The notes beneath the pieces were generated by a model that was not told the DNA's origin, made no database searches, and was given only the letters and a program-made list of their open reading frames with translations. This document shows positions 47,247 to 58,129 of a stretch of DNA of 64,000 nt, one piece after another (position 1 is the first letter of the stretch; every line of letters begins with the position of its first letter). The position numbers were made by a program, and so were the translations under genes. The stretch is from Turneriella sp. (GTDB taxonomy: Bacteria; Spirochaetota; Leptospiria; Turneriellales; Turneriellaceae): the NCBI GenBank assembly GCA_046346875.1, contig JAXMHG010000006.1:54478-118477 (forward strand), read 5' to 3'.

Positions 47247-48203
47247 ATGCTGACCCAAAGAGCAACTTATCTGTTCATAGCCGCGCTTGTGTCTCTGCCA
47301 CTCTTTGCAGAAACAGGTGAGAATACGGCTGCAAAACAAGAGGCAAAAGATCCTGACAGGCGACTGCCGATAGTGAATCCACTGTTTGCGCCTTATCAAG
47401 GCCAATGGTATGTTGAGGCAAATTCGACAGAACAACGCTCGGCAATCACTGCGACTATTCCCGTCCAGAACTATTCAGGATTTGCCGTCTCCGAAAGCAA
47501 GACGCGCTCAGATTATACGGACATTCGTGTGGGCGGCCAGGTTATGTACGGTATTCATGACCGGCTCGCCGTGGGTTAAGAACGCGATTTCTGGCTGACC
47601 GTCAGGTGCAGACATCCTCCAGCGGGGCATTCACCTCGGGTAGTTCCGGGGTGTCCAGCAGGCTCGGTATGTATAATCCGAGTTTCGCCTCAGGGACGCC
47701 TACTTGGGATCGACCGCAATGAATGGCACTGAATGTTATTGGCATGTATAGTCCGCGGATCAGTCGGTGGAATAGGTGATCCGCAGACCGACGTTCAGGC
47801 GGGGCTATTGCTGGGCAAGAATTCCGGTTTTTTCTCTTTCGGGTTCGTTGCATTTGCGATTTGGTCGCCTGAGACGACATCCGGTACGATAAAATACCGC
47901 AGTACGACGGCGGTATCGGCTGAGATGATTCTGCAGGCACATTTCTCGCCTTTTTTCTTTAATTTACTCGGCGGAGCTTTTCAGTACGTTGATCCGAGCT
48001 CTGCGAGCGACGCGATGTCAGGAAAGGTCCGCATTGTCTGCGAAGCGGAAGTTGGTGCGGAAATACAACAGAACGTCTTTGTAAAACTCAGTTACGGCTG
48101 GCTGATGCCGGTCAGTGCGGACTACAATTCTGGTGGTCTGCAAATGACGTTCCGCGATCATGGTGGCCCGGCTGCGACCCTGACGATTGGTGCGCGGTTC
48201 TGA
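47247..48203 (+). pseudogene. Frameshifted tandem paralog of the upstream beta-barrel OMP (or a local assembly error)
   Basis: Segments in alternating frames align by eye to 46261-47181 (LPIVNPLFAPYQG vs LPVSSPFFRPYEG; RFLAD vs KFMAD; GRLLGIDRNEW vs LRMLGTRTDEW; GLLLGKN vs GITLGRN); breaks near 47577, 47690, 47730 and 47765. Confidence 0.75.
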
Positions 48204-48323
48204 CCGCCGCTTCCGTTTTCTCGCAGGCAAATCCCGCGAAAATCTGCAGGTCGGCTGGCGGCCGCGGACAGCTGCAGCCTTCAAATCAATGGACGCCCTC
48301 ACTCTGCAAAAAAATCTTTCCCC

Positions 48324-51038
48324 ATGACAAATCCCTCATGGGCCGACAAACTCGGTACACGTAAAAAACTCCAGACCGCTGCCGGCGAGGTGGCGTACTA
48401 TTCGCTCCCCGAACTGGCCAAAAAATACCCCAATATCAACCGCCTTCCTTATAGTATCCGTATTCTGCTCGAAGCGGCGCTGCGCCAGGAAGACGGGTTC
48501 ATCATCGATGAGAACCACATCAAGACCATTGCTGAGTATAACCCGAAATCCGTAAAAGAAGAGGAAATCCCGTTTAAGCCCGCGCGCGTGGTGATGCAGG
48601 ACTTCACCGGTGTTCCGGGCGTGGTCGACCTTGCGGCGATGCGCGATGCGATGACCGAGCTCAAGATTGACCCGAAAAAAATTAACCCGGTGCTGCCCGT
48701 TGACCTCGTGATTGACCACTCGGTACAGGTGGATTTCGCGGGTTCTGCCGACTCGCTCGACAAGAACAACAAGCTCGAGTTCGAACGCAACGGCGAACGC
48801 TATGAGTTCCTGCGTTGGGGTTCGGGTGCTTTCTCGAACTTCCAGGTCGTGCCGCCGGCAACCGGTATCGTGCACCAGGTGAACCTCGAGTACCTGGCAA
48901 AAGTCGTGCAGACGCGCCAGCACAATGGCGAGCTCGTGGCGTACCCCGATTCACTCGTGGGTACCGACTCGCACACCACCATGATCAACGGCCTCGGAGT
49001 GCTGGGTTGGGGCGTGGGTGGTATCGAAGCCGAAGCTGTGATGCTCGAGCAGCCGATCTACATGCTGATTCCTGAAGTTGTCGGCTTCAAGCTGACCGGT
49101 AAGCTGCCTGAAGGCGCGACTGCGACTGACCTTGTCCTCACTGTCACGCAGATGCTGCGCAAGCATGGTGTTGTCGGTAAGTTCGTCGAATTCTACGGCG
49201 AAGGTCTCGCAAGCATGAGCCTTGCTGACCGCGCAACGATCGCGAACATGGCACCCGAATACGGCGCAACGATGGGCTTTTTCCCGATCGACGATGAAAC
49301 GATTCGTTACATGAAGCTGACCGGCCGCGACGAAAAACTCTGCGACCTGGTCGAAAAATATGCCAAGGCGCAGGGCCTCTTCCTTACAAAAGAAGCTCCG
49401 ACACCTGACTTTAGCTCAACTCTCGAGCTCGACATGGGTAAAGTCGTGCCGTCGATTGCCGGCCCGAAGCGCCCGCAAGACCGCATCGAGCTGAAAAATG
49501 CGAAAGCCGATTACCGCAAGGCGATGGCTGACGTGTTCAAAGATGCACCCGACAAAACGGTGGATGTATCACTGAATGGCAAAACGGAAAAGCTAGGCAA
49601 CGGTTCACTCGTGATCGCCGCGATCACTTCATGCACGAACACTTCAAATCCATCCGTGCTCGTGGCAGCGGGCCTCGTGGCGCAGAAGGCAGAGAAAGCG
49701 GGCCTCAGGGTGCCTGCAACTCTCAAGTCATCGCTCGCACCGGGTTCGCGCGTGGTTACCAAGTACCTCGAAGCGGCCGGCCTGCAGAAGTCGCTCGACG
49801 CAATCGGTTTCAATACTGTCGGTTACGGCTGCACCACCTGTATCGGTAACTCTGGCCCCATCGACGCGGCGCTCTCGGAAGCGATTAACAAAAACAACCT
49901 GACCGTTGGCGCAGTGCTTTCGGGTAACCGTAACTTCGAAGGCCGTATCCACGCCGACGTGAAGGCGAATTACCTCGCTTCACCTCCGCTCGTTGTGGCG
50001 TACGCACTTGCTGGCACCATGGACATCGACTTTGAATCAGAAAAGATCCAGGGCAAGGTGATGCTGAAGGATATCTGGCCCAGCCAGCAGGAAGTCAACG
50101 ATGCACTGGCGAAGGCCGTGACGTCAGACCTCTTCAAGAAAGAATATGGCAACGTGTTCAAGGCGAACGAGATGTGGAACAACATCAAGGTCGGTGCCGG
50201 CAGCACCTACCAGTGGGACCAGAAATCGACCTACATTGCGAAGCCGAACTACTTTGAGAACTTCTCGCTCAAAGAGCCAGGTATTCCTTCACTGAAAGAC
50301 ATCCGCTGCCTCGCGGTGTTCGGCGACTCAGTCACAACAGACCACATATCGCCTGCCGGTAACATTAAGAAAGATTCGCCTGCGGGACGCTACCTGACAG
50401 GTCGCGGTGTCCAGCCGGTTGACTTCAACACCTACGGCGCCCGCCGCGGTAACCATGAAGTCATGGTGCGCGGCACTTTTGCCAACACACGCATCAAGAA
50501 CCTGATGATGGCGCCAGACGCCGTCTCGGCTAAGGTTGCAGACTGGACAAAAGTGCCCGAGGGCGGTAACACAGTGCACATCCCATCAGGCGAAAAGATG
50601 AGCATCTTCGACGCTGCCATGAAGTACATGGAAGCTGGCACGCCGCTGATCGTGCTGGCAGGTAAGGAATACGGTACCGGTTCATCGCGCGACTGGGCGG
50701 CAAAAGGTCCGGCGCTGCAGGGTATCAAAGTCGTGATCGCCGAAAGCTTCGAGCGCATTCACCGTTCGAACCTGATCGGTATGGGCATTCTGCCGCTGCA
50801 GTTCAAAGACGGCCAGAATGCGCAGACACTCGGCCTCGATGGGTCAGAGGTCTTCAATATCGAAGGCTACGATAACAACCTGAAGCCGCGCACCGACATC
50901 AAGGTGACCGCAACGAAGAAAGACGGCTCGGTAGTGACCTTCACCACCATGAACCGTGTCGATACCCCGGTTGAGGTCGTTTACCTCAAAAACGGTGGCA
51001 TTCTGCACACAGTCTTAAGAAAGCTCGGTGCAGGCTAA
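48324..51038 (+). CDS. acnA: Aconitate hydratase A
   Basis: [56 protein letters not shown]. Confidence 0.97.
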   Translation: MTNPSWADKLGTRKKLQTAAGEVAYYSLPELAKKYPNINRLPYSIRILLEAALRQEDGFIIDENHIKTIAEYNPKSVKEEEIPFKPARVVMQDFTGVPGVVDLAAMRDAMTELKIDPKKINPVLPVDLVIDHSVQVDFAGSADSLDKNNKLEFERNGERYEFLRWGSGAFSNFQVVPPATGIVHQVNLEYLAKVVQTRQHNGELVAYPDSLVGTDSHTTMINGLGVLGWGVGGIEAEAVMLEQPIYMLIPEVVGFKLTGKLPEGATATDLVLTVTQMLRKHGVVGKFVEFYGEGLASMSLADRATIANMAPEYGATMGFFPIDDETIRYMKLTGRDEKLCDLVEKYAKAQGLFLTKEAPTPDFSSTLELDMGKVVPSIAGPKRPQDRIELKNAKADYRKAMADVFKDAPDKTVDVSLNGKTEKLGNGSLVIAAITSCTNTSNPSVLVAAGLVAQKAEKAGLRVPATLKSSLAPGSRVVTKYLEAAGLQKSLDAIGFNTVGYGCTTCIGNSGPIDAALSEAINKNNLTVGAVLSGNRNFEGRIHADVKANYLASPPLVVAYALAGTMDIDFESEKIQGKVMLKDIWPSQQEVNDALAKAVTSDLFKKEYGNVFKANEMWNNIKVGAGSTYQWDQKSTYIAKPNYFENFSLKEPGIPSLKDIRCLAVFGDSVTTDHISPAGNIKKDSPAGRYLTGRGVQPVDFNTYGARRGNHEVMVRGTFANTRIKNLMMAPDAVSAKVADWTKVPEGGNTVHIPSGEKMSIFDAAMKYMEAGTPLIVLAGKEYGTGSSRDWAAKGPALQGIKVVIAESFERIHRSNLIGMGILPLQFKDGQNAQTLGLDGSEVFNIEGYDNNLKPRTDIKVTATKKDGSVVTFTTMNRVDTPVEVVYLKNGGILHTVLRKLGAG

Positions 51039-51040
51039 AT

Positions 51041-51075
51041 TCTGAAGTAGGTGCCCACAGGGCACCTACTTCAGA
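51041..51075. terminator. 16-bp perfect hairpin between convergent acnA and ridA
   Basis: TCTGAAGTAGGTGCCC-ACA-GGGCACCTACTTCAGA; includes the ridA stop. Confidence 0.75.
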
Positions 51076-51443
51076 TACATTACTGCTTCAATTTCAACGG
51101 AAGCTCCGCGGGGCAGGGCAGCTACCTGTATCGTCGAGCGGGCCGGCTTGTGCTCGCCAAAATGCGCCGCATAGACCTCATTCATGGCCTGGAATTGCGC
51201 CAGGTCGGTCATAAAAACCGTGCATTTCACGATTTTGCTGAGGCTGCCGCCCGCGGCCTCGCAGACCGCACGCAGGTTCTTCATGACTTGTTCGGTCTGT
51301 GCCTTAATCTCTTCAGAAACCAGCAGACCAGTTTCAGGTACCAGGGGTATTTGTCCCGATAAGTAGAGGAAGTCCCCCGCCTGGATAGCCTGCGAATATG
51401 GCCCCACAGCTGCCGGGGCCTGGTTCGATGCAATAATCTTCAT
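51066..51443 (-). CDS. ridA: RidA family enamine/imine deaminase
   Basis: APAAVGPYSQA, SGQIPL, FQAMNEVY, PARS, VEIEA; start at MKII (51443). Confidence 0.92.
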   Translation of the reverse strand: MKIIASNQAPAAVGPYSQAIQAGDFLYLSGQIPLVPETGLLVSEEIKAQTEQVMKNLRAVCEAAGGSLSKIVKCTVFMTDLAQFQAMNEVYAAHFGEHKPARSTIQVAALPRGASVEIEAVMYLK

Positions 51444-51491
51444 AGACTGTTGGCAACCGGCCAAAAGTTGACCCGTCAATGAATTAAAGCC

Positions 51492-51519
51492 TCAAATAGC
51501 CCGCGCGAAAGGCCGAAAA
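51492..51519 (+). promoter_or_regulatory. Putative sigma28 promoter of the MCP gene
   Basis: TCAAA-N15-GCCGAAAA ending 7 nt before ATG 51527. Confidence 0.4.
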
Positions 51520-51526
51520 TGAAACG

Positions 51527-53554
51527 ATGAAGTCTCTGCTGGCGAACATGAAATTCCGCACCAAGATCAGGCTGACAGCCTTTCTGCTGCTGGTGCCGCT
51601 GGTATTCCTGGCAGTGCAGTTCTACTGGAAGAGCGCGGAGGACGTTCACGCTGCGCGCCTCGAGCGGCACGGCCTGCGTTATCTCGCTCCCATACAGACG
51701 GCAGTTTACCATTTGCAGCGGCGCCGGGGCTTTGTCGCCACCCAGGGTGCCGGGGGTATCGACAATTCAGCCAGCATCCGCACGGAAAGCGACGCGGTCC
51801 GCAAGGCTGTTACAGATTTTGATTCCAGCCATGCAGAACTGCGTGACCCATTAGGCATTGAAGGGGAGTGGACAGACATGAAAGCCAAGCTCACCTATCT
51901 CGCAGATCTGCCCGTTACCGGCGACCGCAACAAGCAGGTTGAACTCCACAACAGTACAGTGCTCGCGCTCTTTGCATTCGAGTCAGTAATTACTGAGCGT
52001 TCGGCGCTTGACCTGGATCCGGAAGCGGGAACCTACTACCTGATTGAACTGGCTACACGTACCTCAGGAGCGCTGAGCGAAGCGCTCGGCCAGGTGCGCT
52101 ACCGTGGTACGGTTATGCTGCAGGGGGGAGCGCGAACGATCGAGAACCTGGCCGCACTCGAAGCGCAACACGGCATTATCCAATTCCGGACAGCGCAGGT
52201 AGAGCAGGCGCGCTGGCGTGTGGCCAAGCATCTGCCAGACAGGAAAGCGGACCTCGATCGCCTCTTTGAAGCCCAGTCAAAAGCCGCAGAAAAATTTGAG
52301 GAGTATCATGGCCAGCTCATTTCAGGTAAAAACGCGGGCCAGGCGGCTGCGCAGCGGTATTCTGCCGTTACTACCGAGTACATCGACATTCTTGTACAGC
52401 TGGCGGCCAAGATCAACATTATCATTGGTGAAAACCTGACGAGCCGCATGCGGCTCGCGATCTTCAAACAGTGGTCCATTCTGATTCTTACACTGGCCGG
52501 CCTGGTTCTGTCAGGCCTGGCTGGTTGGCTAATCATGCGGCAGATTTCGGTCTCGCTGGAAAATGCGATGTCGGTATCGGATAGCCTCGCAACAGGAAAT
52601 CTCGACCAGAAGATTGAGAGCGAGACACAGGATGAAATAGGTGCCTTCATGCGTTCACTGCAGATAATGGCAGAACGGCTCAAGGGTGTGTTGCAGCAGG
52701 TGCACGACAGCTCGACAGAAATCTCCCTCGCTGCAAGCCAGGTGGCAAGCACGGCTGAAATGCTCAACAATGGTGCTATGGACCAGGCGGCTCACGTCGA
52801 AGAAACCGGTGCGGCTCTTGGGGAAATGGTTGGCCTGATACAGAGTAATGCGAAGAGTGCCATTGAAACAGACAAGGCCGCTTCCGGTGCACTCAACGTT
52901 ACCCAGATTGGCGCGGAAAACATCCGGGAAGCCGTAAACTCCATGAAAGAAATTTCTGAGCGTATACAGATCGTTCAGGAAATAGCTTCCCAGACAAACC
53001 TGCTCGCACTCAACGCGACGATCGAAGCAGCACGGGCAGGTGAGCACGGTCGTGGTTTTGCGGTCGTCGCAACCGAGGTCGGCAAACTCGCCGAAACGAG
53101 CGGGCAGGCAGCCAAACAAATACAGCAGCTCATTCGCGAAAGCTCAGCAATATCGGAAACCGCTGCTTCATCTATGGCTATGATTACGGCCAGCATGCAG
53201 GAGACGGCACAGCGTGTGCTCTCGATACGTCAGGCATCAGAAGAACAGAGCCAGGCAGCGAAGCAGATCAGCGAGAGTATGGGCCGCCTTAACCAGACGA
53301 CCGAGCAGACTGCCTCGGCTGCAGAAGAGCTCGCGGCGACTGCTGAAGAAATGAGCTCACAGACCGCCGCGTTGCTTGAGAACCTGAAATTTTTTCGCTT
53401 TGAATCGACTTCCGGTCGGGTTACGAGTAGCTACTCGGCAGCCAATACTATCCGGCAAATGGCACAAAAGAGCGGCGTCACGCCGCGGCAGAACGTGGGC
53501 TCTGCCGGCACTGAACCGCTGGTTATAAACCCTGGCTCGTACGAAAAATTCTGA
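51527..53554 (+). CDS. Methyl-accepting chemotaxis protein with a large helical periplasmic sensor, HAMP and C-terminal pentapeptide (SYEKF)
   Basis: Two TM helices, [33 protein letters not shown]. Confidence 0.95.
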   Translation: MKSLLANMKFRTKIRLTAFLLLVPLVFLAVQFYWKSAEDVHAARLERHGLRYLAPIQTAVYHLQRRRGFVATQGAGGIDNSASIRTESDAVRKAVTDFDSSHAELRDPLGIEGEWTDMKAKLTYLADLPVTGDRNKQVELHNSTVLALFAFESVITERSALDLDPEAGTYYLIELATRTSGALSEALGQVRYRGTVMLQGGARTIENLAALEAQHGIIQFRTAQVEQARWRVAKHLPDRKADLDRLFEAQSKAAEKFEEYHGQLISGKNAGQAAAQRYSAVTTEYIDILVQLAAKINIIIGENLTSRMRLAIFKQWSILILTLAGLVLSGLAGWLIMRQISVSLENAMSVSDSLATGNLDQKIESETQDEIGAFMRSLQIMAERLKGVLQQVHDSSTEISLAASQVASTAEMLNNGAMDQAAHVEETGAALGEMVGLIQSNAKSAIETDKAASGALNVTQIGAENIREAVNSMKEISERIQIVQEIASQTNLLALNATIEAARAGEHGRGFAVVATEVGKLAETSGQAAKQIQQLIRESSAISETAASSMAMITASMQETAQRVLSIRQASEEQSQAAKQISESMGRLNQTTEQTASAAEELAATAEEMSSQTAALLENLKFFRFESTSGRVTSSYSAANTIRQMAQKSGVTPRQNVGSAGTEPLVINPGSYEKF

Positions 53555-53608
53555 CACGGCGGCAGAAATTTGGCTTCACCGCATAAGCTCCCTTAGAGAC
53601 CATGCGGC

Positions 53609-54376
53609 ATGGCACTCGAGATTTCAAAACACGGGCGTGCCGCGCTCGTGCGCATCAACCATAACGCCGCCAATACGCTGACTGCAGACAGCTTCGAGGG
53701 CATTCGCGATACGCTCCGCAGCTTCGAGCACGACGACAGCGTGCGCGCGGTGGTATTTGCCGGCAACGACCAGGGCTATTTTTCCAATGGCTTTGAGCCT
53801 TCGCTGTTTCTCGGCAAGGACTTTGACTATAACCACAACGTCTGCCGGCTGGTGAACGAAACCGCGCTGTATTTTTTCTTTTTCCCGAAACCCATCATTG
53901 CCTGTCTGAACGGGCACGCCATGGGCGCGGGGGCTGTGTTTTCCCTGTTCTCAGACTGGCGTTTCATGGCGGAAAAATCTGCGCGCTTTGGTTTTCCCGA
54001 AGCGCTGCTCGGAATGAATTTTCCTTCGTTTGTGGGGCGTTACATGCAGGATCTTGTCGGTCTCACTGCCACACGTGATATTCTGTTCGGTGGCAAGTCG
54101 CTCAAGGGTCCCGACGCTCTTGCCATCAGGCTGGTCGACCACATATTCCCTGAAGACACTGTCGTCGACGAGACGCTGAAGTTTGCCGAGAAGCTGGCCA
54201 AAAGCCCGCTGCAGGTGCTGACCGGAATGAAGCGCGCGCGCACCGAACCCTACCGGGCGCTCTTCGAATCGCTGCGCGACGAAGATGCGCGCATGCTCGC
54301 TACCTACATGACGAGTCCCACCGTGCAGGAAGGCCTGCTATCGATCGTCGAAAAAAGACGCCCGCGTTTCGACTGA
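53609..54376 (+). CDS. Enoyl-CoA hydratase/isomerase family protein
   Basis: YFSNGFE, PKPIIACLNGHAMGAG, FGFPEALLG. Confidence 0.88.
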   Translation: MALEISKHGRAALVRINHNAANTLTADSFEGIRDTLRSFEHDDSVRAVVFAGNDQGYFSNGFEPSLFLGKDFDYNHNVCRLVNETALYFFFFPKPIIACLNGHAMGAGAVFSLFSDWRFMAEKSARFGFPEALLGMNFPSFVGRYMQDLVGLTATRDILFGGKSLKGPDALAIRLVDHIFPEDTVVDETLKFAEKLAKSPLQVLTGMKRARTEPYRALFESLRDEDARMLATYMTSPTVQEGLLSIVEKRRPRFD

Positions 54377-54380
54377 GACC

Positions 54381-55388
54381 ATGGGTAACCGCAACGAAGA
54401 CAAGCGTATTGCAGTCCTCGCCTCGGGGGGAGATTCACCCGGGATGAACGCCGCCCTGCGCGCGGCGGTGCGCGCAGCATTGTGGGAACACTACCAGGTG
54501 TTTGGTATCCAGAATGGTTACGAAGGTCTGCTGCTCAATGACATCAGGGAGCTGACCTCGCGCGATATGGGTCTCATCATCAACCAGGGCGGCACGGTGC
54601 TGGGCACTGCACGCTCCGCCCAGTTCCAGACCCGCGAAGGATTGCAGAAAGCTGCAGCGATACTCAACGAGCACCGCATCGATGCGTTGTGCGTTGTCGG
54701 CGGCGATGGTTCGTTTCGCGGGCTGATGGCGCTCAGCGAGTTCTACAAGGGCCAGGTTGTCGGTATTCCGGGCACGATCGACAATGACATACCCGGCACC
54801 GAGTACACGATCGGCTTTGATACCGCGGTGCAGACCGCGGTCGAAGCAATCGATAAGCTGCGCGATACTGCGCTTTCGCACGGTCGTATCTTTTTCGTCG
54901 AGGTGATGGGTCGCAAGTCAGGCCAGATCGCGCTTTCCGTCGCGCTTGCCTCGGGTGCCGAAGACGTACTGATTCCCGAAGAGCGGCCCGATATTGAAGC
55001 GGTTGTCACGCGGCTCACCAAGGGCCGTGATCGAGGTAAAAGGTTCGCGATCGTTGTGGTGGCCGAAGGGGCGACACTCGACGCGGCGCACCCTGTCGAA
55101 AGCCCGGCCTTTCAGCTGGCAGAAATTATTGGCAAACAAATCGGGCAGCACATACGGGTTTCGGTACTCGGGCACATACAGCGCGGTGGTAGGCCAACTT
55201 CCTTCGATCGCGTCTGGGGGTCACGGACGGGCGATGCGGCGATTCGCTTCATCAAGCAGGGGCTGACCGGTGTCTTCACGGCGATGCGCGGCGGTCACAT
55301 CACCCCCGCGTACCTGTTTGAAGCGACGCAGGGCGTGCGTGCGGTTGAACCCGAGATGGTGCAGCTGGTGCGAAAGATGGGGAGTTAG
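54381..55388 (+). CDS. pfkA: ATP-dependent 6-phosphofructokinase
   Basis: SGGDSPGMNAA, GGDGS, TIDNDI, EVMGR, LGHIQRGG. Confidence 0.95.
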   Translation: MGNRNEDKRIAVLASGGDSPGMNAALRAAVRAALWEHYQVFGIQNGYEGLLLNDIRELTSRDMGLIINQGGTVLGTARSAQFQTREGLQKAAAILNEHRIDALCVVGGDGSFRGLMALSEFYKGQVVGIPGTIDNDIPGTEYTIGFDTAVQTAVEAIDKLRDTALSHGRIFFVEVMGRKSGQIALSVALASGAEDVLIPEERPDIEAVVTRLTKGRDRGKRFAIVVVAEGATLDAAHPVESPAFQLAEIIGKQIGQHIRVSVLGHIQRGGRPTSFDRVWGSRTGDAAIRFIKQGLTGVFTAMRGGHITPAYLFEATQGVRAVEPEMVQLVRKMGS

Positions 55389-55410
55389 AAGGTTTTTGAC
55401 CTTCAATTGC

Positions 55411-55431
55411 AATTGAGAATCATTATCAATT
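55411..55431. promoter_or_regulatory. Fur-family box (7-1-7)
   Basis: AAT-TGAGAAT-C-ATTATCA-ATT; one mismatch to TGATAATNATTATCA. Confidence 0.75.
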
Positions 55432-55468
55432 ATGTTTGACGACTGACTCCGTGCGCGGAAAATGGCGC

Positions 55469-55687
55469 ATGAAAAGAAACACTCCCACTACTGGTGAACT
55501 TCTGGCATGTGGTAAAGTTGCGCGAGCTGACACTTACCCCTGCGGGCACGTAATTCTGACCGTCGAGCAGCTGCGTATCGGCTTTTCACGGGCGGATTTT
55601 CGTGAATTTGCGCAGACCGTTGCTCTCGCCCAGGCAAACCTGGATGATCGCGAGGTTGCCCGGGCAGAGTGGGGGCTGTACCTCTGA
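55469..55687 (+). CDS. Small Cys/His-containing hypothetical protein (72 aa)
   Basis: Sits directly behind the Fur box and fills the pfkA-TonB receptor gap; ACG...YPCGHV motif followed by an amphipathic helix. Confidence 0.55.
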   Translation: MKRNTPTTGELLACGKVARADTYPCGHVILTVEQLRIGFSRADFREFAQTVALAQANLDDREVARAEWGLYL

Positions 55688-55710
55688 CAACTTGCCCGGG
55701 AATTTTTGCA

Positions 55711-57978
55711 TCAATAAAAGTCGAACGGCGCTGATAACTTGAAATAGACATTGATGCCTGGGTTGAGCGCGTACTGCTTCTGGCGGCTGAGGTAGTCGAC
55801 GTACCGACGGTTGAGCAGGTTGTCGGCGCCGATGGTCAGGTTCCACATTTGGCCACCGACGCTGAAATCACCGCCGGCCGCAAGCGAGACCAGCGTATAA
55901 TCGCCGAAATCAGAGAACAGCGTGCGTTCAAATGAAGAAAGCTCGGTCTTGCGCGCCACGTACCGCGCCTTCACTGTAAGGTACGGATTCAGCAGCCCGG
56001 CAAGGCTTGCGCGGCTGAAGGTAACGCCGAACCGGTAGCGGTTGGCAGGTACTAAAGCCAGCGGTTCGGCCAGAGTTTCGTTGCGTCCCATCACGACATC
56101 AACACCCGAAGAAAGGGCCAGCCAGTTGAGCGGAGAAAACTCGGCTTCGGCTTCGCCACCGTAAATGGTCGCCTTGCCCTGCGACCAGCGGTATTCAGGA
56201 AACACATTGCCGTCGACGACCTGCTGGACTCCGGTAGGTGCGGCATAGATGTAATTTTCAATCTGGTTATAGAAGCCATTAATTTCAGCGCGCAGCGATT
56301 TACCGCGCAGGCGAAATCCGGTATCGGTGGTGAGGGAAGTTTCTGGCCGCAACGTGCTGACACCGATGTCGTATGTACCGGCACCCTGGTGTACTCCCGT
56401 GCTGTAGAGTTCAAACACGGTGGGTGCGCGAAACCCGCGGCCAACGTTCGCGTACCAGTTGAATCCCGGGGTGAAGCGCCAGACGGCGCCGACAGATCCG
56501 GTAGCGGCGGAGTTCTGAATCGTTTCACGGCTGTTGCCGAGCTGCTGGTTGGCTTCGACGCCCAGTACGCGAGTATCGCCCCGCACGCCTGCCAGCAGGC
56601 TGAAGCTGTCGAAGCGAAGTTCTTCATAAAGAAACGCGCCATAGCTGTTGGAGGAATAGCCTGGAATCAGCGGCTCTTCGCCGAGCGTCCGGTTATTCTG
56701 GAAAATATGGCTGAGGCCAAGAGTGCCCATCAGGGGACCAATGGGTACGTGGTGTGCGCGTGCCTCGGTGTTGACGGTGTCGAGTACCAGTTCAAGGGCA
56801 GGAGCTTCATCATGCGCATGGCCGCCACCGCCGCCCCCGTGGCTGTGTCCGTACTCGCGGCGCAGGTTTCGTTGGTAGGTGAGGTCGACTTCGAGGCGCG
56901 CGAGCTGTGTCTGTACCTGCGAGCGCGCCTGCACCCTGTGGTGCACGACGTGTTGGTATGCTTCAGAATCGGGGTCTGCGATGAGCTTTCCTGATGTGCT
57001 GGTCAATGCCTGCGGCAGGTTGATACGCGAGTTGAAGTGCGAATAGCGCAGCGAAAGGAAGCCCCATTTTTCGTGGATACCTATCAGGGTGCTGCCGTTG
57101 CCGTTCAGGTAACCGCTGTTGGATACTGGCCCGTCAGGAGTCTGTGTATTGCCCGCCTGGCGATAGCTCAGCGTCGTCCGGTAGCCAATCTTGTCGCGCG
57201 CGCCCGCGAGCGCGACAGCAAGACCGCCACCGGGGTTGTTGGTGTGTGCGTTCGTGACGACGCGTCCCTCGAGCAACTTCGAATGGTCTGCAGAGGGCAG
57301 TTCAGGCGTAGAAACGTTGATCACTCCGCCGAGGGCATCTGAACCATAGAGCAGGCTGCCGGGGCCGCGTATGATTTCAATTCGGTCCATGTCGAGAATG
57401 TCGATGTTTGGCCCGTGTTCGTCGCCGAACTGCTGCGATTCTTCGCGCATACCGTCGACGAGTACCAGCGAGCGGAAAGAGGGCAGGCCCCGAATAACCG
57501 GTTTGGCGACAAAGTTACCAGTCGAATAATTGGCAACTCCGGGAGTATCTTCGATTGTCGCAACAAGGCTCTGCCCGCGAAGGCGGTCGAGTTTTTTTCC
57601 TTCAATGACAGTGACTGCCTGCGCAATTTCTGCCTCGTCGGTCGGCCTGTGGCCGGATATCACGACCGTATCGCTACGAAACTGCAGCGGATCGAGTTTT
57701 AGTTTCAGGTCCTGGTCATTTTCGCGCAGGTCGACTGTCAGCGTTTTGCTCGCTGCGCCTTCGCCCGAGACCTTCACCACGAACAGTCCGCGCGGCAGAT
57801 CTTTGAACTGGAAATTGCCGTCTTTGTCGGTATGTGCATGGCGGTTGAGTGCAGGAATCGAGACCTGCGCTTCATCGAGCGGAGCGCCTGTATCATTTTC
57901 GACGCGGCCCGACAGGGTTGCGGCAAAAAGCGGAAACACCATCGCTGCGAGCAAAAGGGCAAAATAACGCATATGCAT
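55711..57978 (-). CDS. TonB-dependent receptor with carboxypeptidase-like N-terminal extension and His-rich loop
   Basis: Signal peptide, plug (KPVIRGL, IEIIRGPGSLLYGSDALGGVIN), NLLNRRY, loop YGHSHGGGGGGHAHDE; start 57978 or 57972. Confidence 0.92.
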   Translation of the reverse strand: MHMRYFALLLAAMVFPLFAATLSGRVENDTGAPLDEAQVSIPALNRHAHTDKDGNFQFKDLPRGLFVVKVSGEGAASKTLTVDLRENDQDLKLKLDPLQFRSDTVVISGHRPTDEAEIAQAVTVIEGKKLDRLRGQSLVATIEDTPGVANYSTGNFVAKPVIRGLPSFRSLVLVDGMREESQQFGDEHGPNIDILDMDRIEIIRGPGSLLYGSDALGGVINVSTPELPSADHSKLLEGRVVTNAHTNNPGGGLAVALAGARDKIGYRTTLSYRQAGNTQTPDGPVSNSGYLNGNGSTLIGIHEKWGFLSLRYSHFNSRINLPQALTSTSGKLIADPDSEAYQHVVHHRVQARSQVQTQLARLEVDLTYQRNLRREYGHSHGGGGGGHAHDEAPALELVLDTVNTEARAHHVPIGPLMGTLGLSHIFQNNRTLGEEPLIPGYSSNSYGAFLYEELRFDSFSLLAGVRGDTRVLGVEANQQLGNSRETIQNSAATGSVGAVWRFTPGFNWYANVGRGFRAPTVFELYSTGVHQGAGTYDIGVSTLRPETSLTTDTGFRLRGKSLRAEINGFYNQIENYIYAAPTGVQQVVDGNVFPEYRWSQGKATIYGGEAEAEFSPLNWLALSSGVDVVMGRNETLAEPLALVPANRYRFGVTFSRASLAGLLNPYLTVKARYVARKTELSSFERTLFSDFGDYTLVSLAAGGDFSVGGQMWNLTIGADNLLNRRYVDYLSRQKQYALNPGINVYFKLSAPFDFY

Positions 57979-58021
57979 GGAAGAGCGCACGCTCGAATTG
58001 GGCTGCTTTGTCAATTAAAAA

Positions 58022-58037
58022 TGATAAGTCATTATCA
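58022..58037. promoter_or_regulatory. Fur/Zur-like palindrome upstream of the TonB receptor
   Basis: TGATAA-GTCA-TTATCA in AT-rich DNA about 45 nt upstream of the start. Confidence 0.6.
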
Positions 58038-58129
58038 ATAAAGATTTTGTGACGACCTCCTGCCCAGTCCATAATCCGTAGAACATGTTGCGCAGCCGTC
58101 TGCAGCGTAGAATCCTACCCGCAGATACC

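Noticed and set aside
47727-47735. In-frame TGA as selenocysteine or programmed readthrough
   Set aside because: Better explained by another single-base indel, since the alternative frame matches the paralog; no SECIS-like hairpin seen
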